Shown here: positions 38,947 to 49,737 of the stretch, piece after piece
Numbering within the stretch: the stretch's first letter is position 1
Layout of the letters: each line of letters opens with the position of its first letter
Virus record (IMG/VR): IMGVR_UViG_3300020156_000023
Location: 1-64,000 of that record
Direction: 5' to 3' (one strand)
Origin: a virus
Length of the DNA stretch: 64,000 nucleotides
Notes under the pieces: model-generated
What the model was told of the DNA's origin: nothing
The model's database searches: none
Seen by the model: the letters and a program-made list of their open reading frames with translations, nothing else
Program-made: the position numbers and the translations under genes

Positions 38947-41250
38947 TTAGCTTTTACCTAATTGTTTTACTCTTTCTTTTATTATTTCTTTCCTTGAGCT
39001 ATCATCCAATCCTTCAAGATTGTACATTAGGAATTTTATCTCTTGTTGTGTAAATCCAGATTTAAAATTATTAATACTATAAGTATTGTTACCATTACTG
39101 GTAACTGTAATATTAGGGTATAGTTTAGTAGAGGTATTGAAAGTAGGTATCTCAGATAAAGCTCTGTCTACCCTATTCATAGTTGCCTTAACACTTCTAT
39201 TCTGCTTAGCTAACCATTCAGTACCTTGTGGAGAACTAAAGAAAGTGTTACTTCTTACAGCATTATTGTAGGATTCATTATTAACCCTATCAGTTACAAA
39301 AGCTACTTTCTTACCTCTGAACCCTTCAAGGTCCTCATTAGTTAATCCACCAAATAAACTATCATCTTCCCTATTCTCAGGTATCCTTAAAGTACCTCTT
39401 ACAATCATTTTATCATTATCCCAATCAACAACCATATTATCAATATAATCTGTTGGGCTTCCTCCTAATTGGGAAACCAGATATTGTATAGGAGATGCTC
39501 CTGCTGTATCTCCTGCCCAACCATCAAACATCTTAGTATCTATAGTAAGGTTCTCTAATTTCTTAGGGTCTATCTTACCATGCTTATCAGTAAGTACTAC
39601 ATCTCCATTATATACTTTAACATTAGAACCCATAAGGGCAGCATCAGCTAAAGCATAAGTCTGTTTACCTATTTCAGTTTGCCTTGATGGTTTGTAACCT
39701 ACATAAGTATTAGTAGATAGGTTCAGTATATTAGTGTTCCAATCTTTAATACCTTTGTTTGTTTTATTGTACTTAGCTAAAGCAGCAAGGGCTTCTTTCC
39801 TCTCAGGTGTATCTTTATATGTCCTACCTGTAGTTGGAGCAGCACCACCTAATCCTATCATTAACTCATCCCCACCAGATACTTTACCAAAGTTAGGGTC
39901 ATTCTGAATAGCATGTATCAACATTACTTCTCTTGGAGTCATGTTCAAATCTTTAGCTACTTCAGCATACCTTGTCTTAAGAGTATCAAACTCTTCTCTT
40001 TGCTCAGGAGTTAGTTCCTCTCCTTTAGCTTCCTTCATTAAGTACTTAGAGAATTTATCTCCATCTTCCTGTAATTCCTCAGGAGTAAATGGTATAAGGT
40101 TCTCACTTGTTAATATATCACTCTGAGCTTGTTGAGGAGTAATTTCCCCTGTAAGCATCAGTTTATTTATTTCATTTGTATAATTATTGTTATCCCTAGC
40201 TATATCAAGCTGATGATTTAACCTTGCCATATTAGTATCATGCTGTCTATCTAAAGCTTTAGAATAGATTACATCTTCCTGTACTTTAAGGTCTGCTTCA
40301 GTTCTTGAAGCATAAGACATAGGGCTTGCTAATGAGAATACTTTACCTAATGGATTATTAGTATACAGAGTACTCTTTCTTACAGAAGCTTTCTCTGCAG
40401 ATGTCATCTTATTATATTCTTCCTGAGTAACCTCATCTCCTACAGAATTAACTAAACCACTCCTGTAAGGAGCTATAAGGTTTCCAGTCTCATCAAAGTA
40501 TTGAGCTAATCCAAATCTTTGTTGTTGATTTAAATAACTCATCATATTAGGATTAGAGAAAGCTGCACCATTAATAAGTTGTAATAACCTTTCTTCTGAT
40601 ACATTCTCAGTCTTATCTCCCATAGTTATTATATAACCATTCTCACTCTTTCTGAATGAGTTAGCATCTTTAAATGCTGGTACCTGTTTAATCAATTCTA
40701 AAGTATCCTTAGCATTAAAGATATCAGGTTGGTTGATAATATCCTCAGCTTTCCAAACTCCATTATTAATAGAGTCTCCACCCCAGTTCTTATCAAAAGT
40801 CCTTGAAGCTGCATTAACTACAGCAGCATTATATTGTGCAGGATTCTTTTCTTTTAGTTCCTGCATTTGTTTCTGCCAATTACTGTAGGCATTGTAAGTA
40901 CCTTCAAGTTTTGCAATCCTTCCTGAAGTCCTGTCTTGTTGTATCTCCCTCTGAAGGTTTCTTATTCTATTAAGATTCTTTCTCCAGTTAGCAGGGTCTC
41001 TCTGTATAGTACCTGTTATCTCATCTATCTGAGAACCATAGTAATTTTTTATTTCATTAGCAGCAGCTGTATCAGCTTCTGAATTCCTATGTAATATATT
41101 TAGCATTCCATTAAGGGCATCAGTTTGGGTTAGAGCTGTATCATAACCTTGTTGCTGCATAGCCATAGCTTGTTGTATCAACTCATAAGGTGGTTGATAA
41201 ATCATATCATTTACAAACTGTGGTTGTGATGTTCTATAACCTCTTGCCAT
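38947..41250 (-). CDS. Virion cargo/ejection protein
   Basis: 767 aa directly upstream of the vRNAP; N-terminal Y.PPY...A..QQ helical region typical of this position. Confidence 0.65.
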   Translation of the reverse strand: MARGYRTSQPQFVNDMIYQPPYELIQQAMAMQQQGYDTALTQTDALNGMLNILHRNSEADTAAANEIKNYYGSQIDEITGTIQRDPANWRKNLNRIRNLQREIQQDRTSGRIAKLEGTYNAYSNWQKQMQELKEKNPAQYNAAVVNAASRTFDKNWGGDSINNGVWKAEDIINQPDIFNAKDTLELIKQVPAFKDANSFRKSENGYIITMGDKTENVSEERLLQLINGAAFSNPNMMSYLNQQQRFGLAQYFDETGNLIAPYRSGLVNSVGDEVTQEEYNKMTSAEKASVRKSTLYTNNPLGKVFSLASPMSYASRTEADLKVQEDVIYSKALDRQHDTNMARLNHQLDIARDNNNYTNEINKLMLTGEITPQQAQSDILTSENLIPFTPEELQEDGDKFSKYLMKEAKGEELTPEQREEFDTLKTRYAEVAKDLNMTPREVMLIHAIQNDPNFGKVSGGDELMIGLGGAAPTTGRTYKDTPERKEALAALAKYNKTNKGIKDWNTNILNLSTNTYVGYKPSRQTEIGKQTYALADAALMGSNVKVYNGDVVLTDKHGKIDPKKLENLTIDTKMFDGWAGDTAGASPIQYLVSQLGGSPTDYIDNMVVDWDNDKMIVRGTLRIPENREDDSLFGGLTNEDLEGFRGKKVAFVTDRVNNESYNNAVRSNTFFSSPQGTEWLAKQNRSVKATMNRVDRALSEIPTFNTSTKLYPNITVTSNGNNTYSINNFKSGFTQQEIKFLMYNLEGLDDSSRKEIIKERVKQLGKS

Positions 41251-41251
41251 A

Positions 41252-42952
41252 TTATTTTATAGGTTCTAATGTTGTTATATCTAATTCTTTACCTTCTTTA
41301 TTATAAAGCTTACCACCTACCCATTTATAATTCTTTTTGATAATACCATTCAGATATTTATCTTTAAGTTCTGTAGTAGGAAGATTACTATATATTGAAG
41401 TACTCTTAACCTGTTCTTCAGTAACCTTACCAGTTAACTTACCATTCATCATATCTACTTCAAAGTTAGGATACATTTGATTAAGTACATTACCAGTAAC
41501 ATTCCTTGTTTTCATTTGATTAAGGTCTCTACCTGTTTTCTGTAATCCAGTTCCCATAGTAGAAATATCTGATGCCAGTGCTGTAAAGTAAGCATCTTTA
41601 TCTGCCCTATCAGCAGCATCTCTTTGAGCTTCACCTGACATAACCATTCTATCCTGGTCATTTTCCATCATAGCTTCCTGACCCAATATACTTGCTATCT
41701 GTTGCATGTACTGATTGTATATCTGAGACCTTGTATTATTAACTCCCATATCAGTAGCTAAATCAAGTGCTCTCATAGTATTAATACTCCTTGCACCATT
41801 CCTACCTCTATTTATTGTAGCATTCCTTGCTAATTCTAAATCTTGTAGTTGACTATCTCTTACTCCACTTGCAAACCCTTTAGTCTGGTCCATCTTATCA
41901 ATACCCTCCTTTCCATAGTTAAGGAAAGGATTTATATTAGGAGTATCAGAAGCTCTCATATTATTAGTGTTCCTCATAGGCCCAAATGTAGAAACTAAGT
42001 TTCCAAATAAACCTACTGCATCTCCTGCAGTTATATTTAAAGCACCCATCCATGGACTTGTATTATCTCCTGTTGAAGCAACACCTGTAGGATTAGTTGA
42101 TGGACTATAAGTAGTAGCAGGAGTACCTGTAGTACTAACTCCATAATCCATTGCATTATTACCTGTATGGAAATCATCTGTAGTACCAGTCATATTAAGA
42201 CTAGGGTTCATACTTGAGAATAACTTATTCCAATCCATATTCATAGGAGGCCATCCTGCTACACCACCTGTAGCAAACTGCTCTGCCTCAGAAACCATCT
42301 TAGCAAGTTGCATTACAGCCATATCTGACTGTTCTTTCTTTTCATTATTAGATTGTAATCTCTTGAGTGTCCTTAGTAAAGTAGCATCATTAGGATTCTT
42401 CTCTAATTGTTTCTCTATCTTAGATATTTTCTTTTCTCTCTCCAGTTTCCTCTCAGCCATAGTTTTACCATCTGAGCCTTTTATCTTCTTAGAAAATATC
42501 TCAGTACCTGAAGGTACTACCATATCAATACCACCTTCAGCATGAGAAGGACCTTTTAAAGTTCCTACAGCACCATTAGGTGTTTCTATTACTTCTTCCC
42601 CCTCAGCATTAATGGCAGTAGGTATCCCTACCTTACCTCCAGTAGCAAAGGAGCCTTGTGCATTACCATATGCACCTAAGGCTCCTACTCCTGTTTGTAA
42701 TAGATTACCCCAATTAAACCCTCCTGAAGAGATACCTTCTCCTGCAGAGGCTCCTTTATTCATCATAGAGCCTCCATACTGCATAGCTAAGTTTCCTAAT
42801 ACTTTAGTACCCATAGCCCATGGATTATTACTACCTGCTGCTTTAGCTTGAGCTAAAGCTATATTAGCTTCTGCTAAGTCAACACCTGGATTAGTAACAT
42901 AAGTACCAAATTCAAATTCAGGAAGTTTAATTTTCTTTCTATTCTTTTTCAT
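41252..42952 (-). CDS. Virion cargo protein
   Basis: NAEGEEVI...GPSHAEGGI motif, Gly/Ala/Met-rich segments, repeated FATGG. Confidence 0.65.
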   Translation of the reverse strand: MKKNRKKIKLPEFEFGTYVTNPGVDLAEANIALAQAKAAGSNNPWAMGTKVLGNLAMQYGGSMMNKGASAGEGISSGGFNWGNLLQTGVGALGAYGNAQGSFATGGKVGIPTAINAEGEEVIETPNGAVGTLKGPSHAEGGIDMVVPSGTEIFSKKIKGSDGKTMAERKLEREKKISKIEKQLEKNPNDATLLRTLKRLQSNNEKKEQSDMAVMQLAKMVSEAEQFATGGVAGWPPMNMDWNKLFSSMNPSLNMTGTTDDFHTGNNAMDYGVSTTGTPATTYSPSTNPTGVASTGDNTSPWMGALNITAGDAVGLFGNLVSTFGPMRNTNNMRASDTPNINPFLNYGKEGIDKMDQTKGFASGVRDSQLQDLELARNATINRGRNGARSINTMRALDLATDMGVNNTRSQIYNQYMQQIASILGQEAMMENDQDRMVMSGEAQRDAADRADKDAYFTALASDISTMGTGLQKTGRDLNQMKTRNVTGNVLNQMYPNFEVDMMNGKLTGKVTEEQVKSTSIYSNLPTTELKDKYLNGIIKKNYKWVGGKLYNKEGKELDITTLEPIK

Positions 42953-42982
42953 TTTAATCTTAATTATTTTTAATATTAAAGT

Positions 42983-45900
42983 TTACCTGAAACTTTGCTG
43001 TTCATTCTCAGCTGAATAATTTGTAATTAACTTCTTATTTGATACTCCTGCAAAGTTATCAAATATCAACCTAACCACCAAATATTTATCTCTAAAACTT
43101 TCCAGTTCTGTCCATTCTTTACTATAGTTAAGAGTAGCTTCATTAAGAACCTTGTCTATATAGTAATCATCTTGTCTACTAATTATATTAGAGTCCCATA
43201 TAGGAAGATTATAATTAATCCTTATATCTCTTAGGTCATTAACTAACCAATCTTTCTCTACTTTATCTATCATGATATCGCCATCATTAAAATCTGTAGT
43301 CTGGTTCTTGAACCAATCCTGTTGATTAAAATCAGTATCTTTAACTTTAAGATTAAGAAGACCAGTACATTGCCTTGAATTATAAGCTATCATCTTATTG
43401 AAAGTAACAAACCTTTCATCTACATAATCCTTAAACTCTTTATTATAACTCTTAGCTTCTGTAAGTAATCTAATATGGTTCCATAATCTTGTAATTAAAG
43501 GATTAGATAAAGATACATATTCTAATATGTGAGGAAAATACTGTTGATAGTATGTCTGGTAATCTCCTAACACATTGTGTATCCATATATTATCACTACC
43601 AGGAGTCCATGAATAGAATTTCTCAGGTACATTCATATAGAATGAAGGTAAGTAAGAGTGCCATGATATCCAAGCATCTTGTTTTAATGAATAACTCATA
43701 GTCCAAGAGTTGTGTAATTCCATTGGGTCCTCTACTACTGTACCATCTATATATTTATATTCAGTATCTAAGTATTGCACTTCTACCTCTATCTCTCCTA
43801 CACTTATTATATCTTCAAGTAATGCATTAATATCTGCAGCAAATTCTGCTGGTGTTATAATAACATCCTGCTCTCCTGCTATTACAGCTAAGTCATTCCT
43901 ATCAGGTTTAATGTACCAGTCATATGTTTCAAGTCCAGGTCCTAGTACACTGTAAGGGTTAGTAGCTAAAAGAGTATCTTTAACATTATTCCACTCAACT
44001 GTATCAAATACTCCATTCACAGGTATAGCATCAGCCTCTGCTTCAGTGTAGGATGTACCTTTTATAGCTAACAATGACTGTTGTATAAAAGCCTGAGAGT
44101 TAGTATAAGGCCCACCATCTGTTGCTATAGGATAATTAATACCTATGAATGAGTTTAGTGATGGGTATGTTGTACTTGTAAATGTCGCATAGTCTGATAT
44201 ATATGTAGCTGTAGGTTGTCCATCTATAGGATTAGTAATAAGTGGTTGATGATAAGCAGCATTAGATTCATTACACAACGAGATAACTAATATGTCACCA
44301 TTATGTGCAGGGTCTAGTGCAGCTTGTGTAGCAAAGTTAACCCATCTCTCCTGGGAGTTATCAATATGGTGTAACTTAGTCATACCTACATCCTCAGGCC
44401 TTAACTCCTCATACCAATCAGTAACAGCAGTTTGTAATCCTTCAAGATATCCTGGAGCATTAAATGAACCTGAAGTATCATAGAATACATATACATGCGT
44501 ATTATTAGGAAGTACTACTGTACCCTCTCTTATCTCAGTTTTTGTCTTAATAACATCCCTTCTGAATTTCATTCTACAATTCTCAAGACCTATATAGTTC
44601 CAACCCTCTGTAGCCTCATCTTCTATAATTTGATTGAAGTTAGGGAAGATAGTAATCTGTCCATCAAATACACACATCTCATAACCTGGTTGACCTACTA
44701 CATCCTCAGATAAAGTAAAGTCTTTCTTAGTGAATATCACTCTCTCTTTCTTAGTATCATAAGTAGAAATGAAACCAGACCCAAATAGATTAGAAGGATT
44801 GTCAGCATAAATATATTCCTCTCCTGTTGTATTATAATATTGTTGGTCTACTATTAAACCTATATTTTCTTTAAACCAATTAGATAATCCCTGATTAGAA
44901 ATAGCTCTTAGTTTCCTACCATCAAATTGATATATCTTTCTCTGATTTTCACATACAAAGAAGTAACCTAATGGAGTTTTAATAGCACTCCATTTATGTT
45001 GTATACCTGCAGATGAACCTGTATCATCATCTACTACTTTTTGAGGTGGTATCTCAAAATAAGAACCAGTTCCTATGAAGGAAACTATTTGGTCTGTAAC
45101 CCTTTCCTGATAGCTTCTTGGCATTTGCCATAGCCCTTCCAGAGTATGTATAAATAAATCATTACCTATTTTAAATAGGTTTTTAATCTCACCTGTCTCT
45201 CCTTCTATATCTCTATAGTTATTAGGTAAGAATACTCTATAGTTATCTGTTAGTTCCTCCTGGAAACTTTGCTCTGAGTAATGTATCCTGTGTGGAAAAT
45301 CTTCCATACAATCTGTACAACAATCATATTCTAAAGGTAAGTGATAATAAAGCTTTTGCTTATTATACCTATGGTAATCTGGATTAACTTTATAGTATTC
45401 TCCCAAAGCTGCACCTAAGTATAACCTATTGTCATTCCTCGAAGAATCATACATAGTAAGCTTATTAGCTAAATGTTGTTCTAACCTGCTAACTGGATAT
45501 CTTGAATCTGCCCTCTCGTACCATAAATCAAAGAACTCCCATATTACTTTAGGGTCATTATTACCTGACTCATACATACCTGGAGCATCCAGGAAAGTAG
45601 GTACATCTGAAATCATACCATGCCTTAGATGTGTATTAACTGAAGTATCAAACCATATATCAGTTAAACAATCTCCTATCCATTGTATCTCATCATCAGA
45701 AGGACCTGAACCACCTTCATGTCCTGGCCTACCTTTACCATATTCTGACTGTACCCATGTATCTAATGAGGTTTCTCTAAGACCTTTATTGTATGCTTCA
45801 TCATAAGCTTTTACCATAGCATCTCTTTCAAGTCCAGAAGATATAAATAAAGCTCCTGCTCCTATAAGAGATACACCTGCACCTATTACTATAGTAGATG

Positions 45901-48715
45901 CACCTGCAGTAAAGAAAGATAATACAGCTCCTACTACAACTAATAAACCACCTGCAATATAATTCCATACAGAACTCTTACCTGCTCTCTTAGCAGGTCT
46001 GTTCTCCCAGAATACTGTATTAACATATCTCATAGGAGATACATAAGAGTCTCCACCAAATACTATAGCAGTATCACCTGACTGCATATTAACAGAGTTC
46101 TTATAGTATGGTAATAACCTGAAATTAGAATAAGGGTCAGATAAATCTCTACCTAAAACTACATAAGGTAAGTTCTCAGTAACTGTGTTAATAGGTTCAT
46201 TCTTTAGATGAACTACACCAACCCTGTTGTCTGAAGAGACATTATAGTAAGTCTTAGCCCCACCATCTATATTCCTGGACTCTGTTGCTTTAAGATAAAA
46301 AGTATCTTCTACATTAGAAGCATCAATATTAAATGTATTCCTTAAATCAAACTCTGTGTAATTATCCCTAACTATAGTAGCAAGACACCACCCATCATAA
46401 CCTCTTGAATTAGGAGTACCATCAGCTTTGTGTCCATCATCATTACCTCCCTTATGAGCATCTGCATCATAAGATGAACCATCAAGTACATCATTAAACC
46501 TTATCTTACTCTTATCTCTTTTAATTATACTATAATTACCTTCCTGCCTTATGTAATCATATACACTATATTCTTTATTATTAAACTTATGCTCTGGATA
46601 TATTAATCCAAACATATTCTTTTGTATCTTATCTTGTGATATCTCAGGTTGTAATAAACCATGTGAAATATATTTATCATTTATTAGTGAAGGAGTAAGT
46701 ACAGCACCATCTAAAATAGTTTTCTCATTCTCTGTTCTTTCATTCCTTACTATATAATAACCTATAATCTTAGCTCCATTGGTATCTTCTAATGAAGGAG
46801 TATCTATTCCAGAGAACTTAATACCAAATATCTCTGTACTGTATATCTTAGACTCTGTAGTAAATTCAGCATCTACTATTTCAGTTGCATATTGTAAACC
46901 TTTTGGAGAAGTTTCTCCTGGTGGTACTTCAGTATATGTAATACCATCATCAGATTCTTCTATCTTAGTTACTACTATGTTACTTGAAGTATATAAGTTA
47001 GAGTATAAATTCTCATTAACTGGATTAGATAGTTGTGCTGGGTCTAATACAATAGATAAATCTTCCTCAATACCATCTACTGTATAGGTAAGCTTAACTA
47101 CAAAAGGTGGAGCACAAAGTGTAGGTTCTCCTGTATCAGGGTCTATAGGACAATCCTCTGGTAATACTATAGTACCATCTGCAGTAATCCTTATTCTCCA
47201 ATATGTAAATTGATTCTGTGTAGCATCTCCTTCCTGTTGTACTAAAGGTTTATTAAGCTCTGTCCTAAATGGAAACCTATGATGCCTCACTGGAGCATTT
47301 TGTAAAGGTTCACCCTCTGAGTCTAATCCCCAATAGTTATTACTTACACAAGAATCATTGTCAATGTATATATTGTTCTTTGATGCATTCCTTGTATTAT
47401 TCATTGGATACACATTGGTACCTGGAGAATAAACAGTAGTAGGGTCTACATTGGGGTTCTTACCTGGTATATGAAATACAGGACTAAGGCTTCCATCATC
47501 AAAAACATACACTATACCAAATGAATATAATTCTCCTGGCATATATCCTAAACCTCCTGTAATCATATCCCCAAACTGCATAGCTGGGTTCTTAGGATTA
47601 GCTGGGTCATGTTGTGAGTTAAGTATTACTTTCTTAGTAATACAATCTGCTTTTATCCTTGAAGCATATCTTTGTAGTAAGCACCAGTTAACTTGTTTAC
47701 CTTGTGTATTACCCAATAGTAATCTGTTCTCTATTTGTTCTATACTCTGAGCCCTGTATATAATCTCATTGAAGAAAGCTATTTCTTCTTCTGTACCTGT
47801 GGAAGCTGCATTAGCCCCAGTGTAGATAAAGAAGTTCTTATCTACAGGTATTACTTCTGAGTATTCAACTCCAGTAACAAATCCTGTTCCTCCAGTAGAG
47901 CCTATAAATGCTAATCTATAGAATGTAAAACTTGTATCTAAATCATCTAATACAACTCTTATAGCTTTAGAAGTTGCTGGGAAATCCTCATAATCCACAT
48001 CTGAATTAATAGAACCTCTTATATTTAAGTAATCTTCAGTAGATAAATCATTGTACACATTAACTACAGGACTTGTAGTAATCCATTCTGTTGGATTAAG
48101 TCCTTCATCTAAGTACTGTACAGCTATATTATATGAACCAGGTTCTAATACACCACCTGAGTCCATTACTTCTACTTCTTCAAAACTTGGTATAGAGTTA
48201 TAATCTTTAAAAAGATTGAACTTTCTTGCAGACCATGTATCATCCTCATTCTTATAATCCTCAGGTTTATCAAAATTGAAGTACCTCGGTTTGTTATAAT
48301 CATCTGTAAAGTAGATAGTTCTCTCACAACCTCTTCTTAATCTGTAAGTAGCTTGTATCTGATGAGCTACTTTGAAATTCAACTTATCTTCAACAGGGCT
48401 ATCTATATCATTTACATGAGTTACATAGTTACAATTGTTATCCAATATACCTATCTCTGAGGCTGTCTCATCACTTCTCACAAGGAATACAATAGTTTCA
48501 TTGTTCCCTATATACACCTTTCCTAATGGGATATAATCTGTAGGAATACTATCACATATGTCATTACTTTCCTCATTACCTATAAATGCAAAATCTCCTA
48601 ACTCAGTTTCATTAACTGCGTTAAGAGCAAATCTATAAGTATCCTTAGGTTGGTCCCCTGGAGAACTGTCTAAGTGTAAACCTTTTGCAGGTCTTTGTAC
48701 ATTATCTTGTTGCAT
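42983..48715 (-). CDS. Tail muzzle/stabilisation protein
   Basis: 1910 aa, beta-rich; N-terminal KGLHLD...YRFALN and WTMSYS...WISWHSY motifs; lies between the ring protein and cargo genes. Confidence 0.75.
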   Translation of the reverse strand: MQQDNVQRPAKGLHLDSSPGDQPKDTYRFALNAVNETELGDFAFIGNEESNDICDSIPTDYIPLGKVYIGNNETIVFLVRSDETASEIGILDNNCNYVTHVNDIDSPVEDKLNFKVAHQIQATYRLRRGCERTIYFTDDYNKPRYFNFDKPEDYKNEDDTWSARKFNLFKDYNSIPSFEEVEVMDSGGVLEPGSYNIAVQYLDEGLNPTEWITTSPVVNVYNDLSTEDYLNIRGSINSDVDYEDFPATSKAIRVVLDDLDTSFTFYRLAFIGSTGGTGFVTGVEYSEVIPVDKNFFIYTGANAASTGTEEEIAFFNEIIYRAQSIEQIENRLLLGNTQGKQVNWCLLQRYASRIKADCITKKVILNSQHDPANPKNPAMQFGDMITGGLGYMPGELYSFGIVYVFDDGSLSPVFHIPGKNPNVDPTTVYSPGTNVYPMNNTRNASKNNIYIDNDSCVSNNYWGLDSEGEPLQNAPVRHHRFPFRTELNKPLVQQEGDATQNQFTYWRIRITADGTIVLPEDCPIDPDTGEPTLCAPPFVVKLTYTVDGIEEDLSIVLDPAQLSNPVNENLYSNLYTSSNIVVTKIEESDDGITYTEVPPGETSPKGLQYATEIVDAEFTTESKIYSTEIFGIKFSGIDTPSLEDTNGAKIIGYYIVRNERTENEKTILDGAVLTPSLINDKYISHGLLQPEISQDKIQKNMFGLIYPEHKFNNKEYSVYDYIRQEGNYSIIKRDKSKIRFNDVLDGSSYDADAHKGGNDDGHKADGTPNSRGYDGWCLATIVRDNYTEFDLRNTFNIDASNVEDTFYLKATESRNIDGGAKTYYNVSSDNRVGVVHLKNEPINTVTENLPYVVLGRDLSDPYSNFRLLPYYKNSVNMQSGDTAIVFGGDSYVSPMRYVNTVFWENRPAKRAGKSSVWNYIAGGLLVVVGAVLSFFTAGASTIVIGAGVSLIGAGALFISSGLERDAMVKAYDEAYNKGLRETSLDTWVQSEYGKGRPGHEGGSGPSDDEIQWIGDCLTDIWFDTSVNTHLRHGMISDVPTFLDAPGMYESGNNDPKVIWEFFDLWYERADSRYPVSRLEQHLANKLTMYDSSRNDNRLYLGAALGEYYKVNPDYHRYNKQKLYYHLPLEYDCCTDCMEDFPHRIHYSEQSFQEELTDNYRVFLPNNYRDIEGETGEIKNLFKIGNDLFIHTLEGLWQMPRSYQERVTDQIVSFIGTGSYFEIPPQKVVDDDTGSSAGIQHKWSAIKTPLGYFFVCENQRKIYQFDGRKLRAISNQGLSNWFKENIGLIVDQQYYNTTGEEYIYADNPSNLFGSGFISTYDTKKERVIFTKKDFTLSEDVVGQPGYEMCVFDGQITIFPNFNQIIEDEATEGWNYIGLENCRMKFRRDVIKTKTEIREGTVVLPNNTHVYVFYDTSGSFNAPGYLEGLQTAVTDWYEELRPEDVGMTKLHHIDNSQERWVNFATQAALDPAHNGDILVISLCNESNAAYHQPLITNPIDGQPTATYISDYATFTSTTYPSLNSFIGINYPIATDGGPYTNSQAFIQQSLLAIKGTSYTEAEADAIPVNGVFDTVEWNNVKDTLLATNPYSVLGPGLETYDWYIKPDRNDLAVIAGEQDVIITPAEFAADINALLEDIISVGEIEVEVQYLDTEYKYIDGTVVEDPMELHNSWTMSYSLKQDAWISWHSYLPSFYMNVPEKFYSWTPGSDNIWIHNVLGDYQTYYQQYFPHILEYVSLSNPLITRLWNHIRLLTEAKSYNKEFKDYVDERFVTFNKMIAYNSRQCTGLLNLKVKDTDFNQQDWFKNQTTDFNDGDIMIDKVEKDWLVNDLRDIRINYNLPIWDSNIISRQDDYYIDKVLNEATLNYSKEWTELESFRDKYLVVRLIFDNFAGVSNKKLITNYSAENEQQSFR

Positions 48716-48724
48716 AATTATATA

Positions 48725-49735
48725 TTATATACCTCTTAATGAAAAACCACTTCTTGACATCTTACCAAAATAACCATAGTATCTATTCCTTTGTGGTATT
48801 AATTGGTGAGTCATATCTTTTAAATTCTCATATTCATCTTCTCCATAAGGAAGTAAAGATTTATTACCTGCTTGTTTACAATACCATTGCCAATCTGATT
48901 CAGCTTTTTGGAACTTATCAGCATAACCTTCTCTTCCTAAGTACCACATCCTACCCATATACTTCATAGTAATATACATTGTAATAGCTGTAATCATACT
49001 ATACTCATCAGGTATTAAAGGATATCCAGTTTCTGTATCTATAGCTTGCCTGTAATAAGCTACTGCTATTGAGCCTTCCTTAAATGAAGTCCTTATTTTA
49101 TCTCTTACTATTGTATATTCATCTACACAGGTAGAGTATAATCCTTGAGTATTCTCAGGAAGTACTAATGTATTAAAGAAGGAGTGATTAGCTAACCTTA
49201 CAGGAGTATATGCATTCCTATATATATTAGAATTTCTCCAACCTTCATATTCATATTTCAAGTCAAAGTAAGGCCTATAATAAGCTATTTCATAATCTCC
49301 TATCAGATGTCCATTACAATCCATAAATACATATTCCTGTCCATTATGGAAATAATAATCTCCTGTAGCAGATTGTTGTAATCCTGTCTTTGGAGTACTA
49401 CATCCACAAGATGTAGGATTCTTTACTAATTCTTCTGTAGTACAATCTAACTGTATATTAGCTGGACATAAACAATCTTCTTTATTTTCCTTAACCCATT
49501 TATTATTTCTTGCTACTTGTATTATAGAGTGCAATCCATTGGGTAAGTCTCCCTGATGATTCTCTATTTCAATAAAAGCTACTGCTTCTTCATACAGAGT
49601 AACAGCACCTATACCTTCTAAAGCCTCACCTACCCATTCAACAAGGTCTGTCTCACTAATTTCTTCAAGTCCTAAATCTCTATATACTTTAGATATAATC
49701 CTGTCTAAAGATATATATTGCATTTTTCTTCCCAT
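48725..49735 (-). CDS. Tail ring/tubular protein
   Basis: Position; DLVEWVGEAL, GYPLIPD and WQWYCKQA motifs. Confidence 0.65.
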   Translation of the reverse strand: MGRKMQYISLDRIISKVYRDLGLEEISETDLVEWVGEALEGIGAVTLYEEAVAFIEIENHQGDLPNGLHSIIQVARNNKWVKENKEDCLCPANIQLDCTTEELVKNPTSCGCSTPKTGLQQSATGDYYFHNGQEYVFMDCNGHLIGDYEIAYYRPYFDLKYEYEGWRNSNIYRNAYTPVRLANHSFFNTLVLPENTQGLYSTCVDEYTIVRDKIRTSFKEGSIAVAYYRQAIDTETGYPLIPDEYSMITAITMYITMKYMGRMWYLGREGYADKFQKAESDWQWYCKQAGNKSLLPYGEDEYENLKDMTHQLIPQRNRYYGYFGKMSRSGFSLRGI

Positions 49736-49737
49736 AA

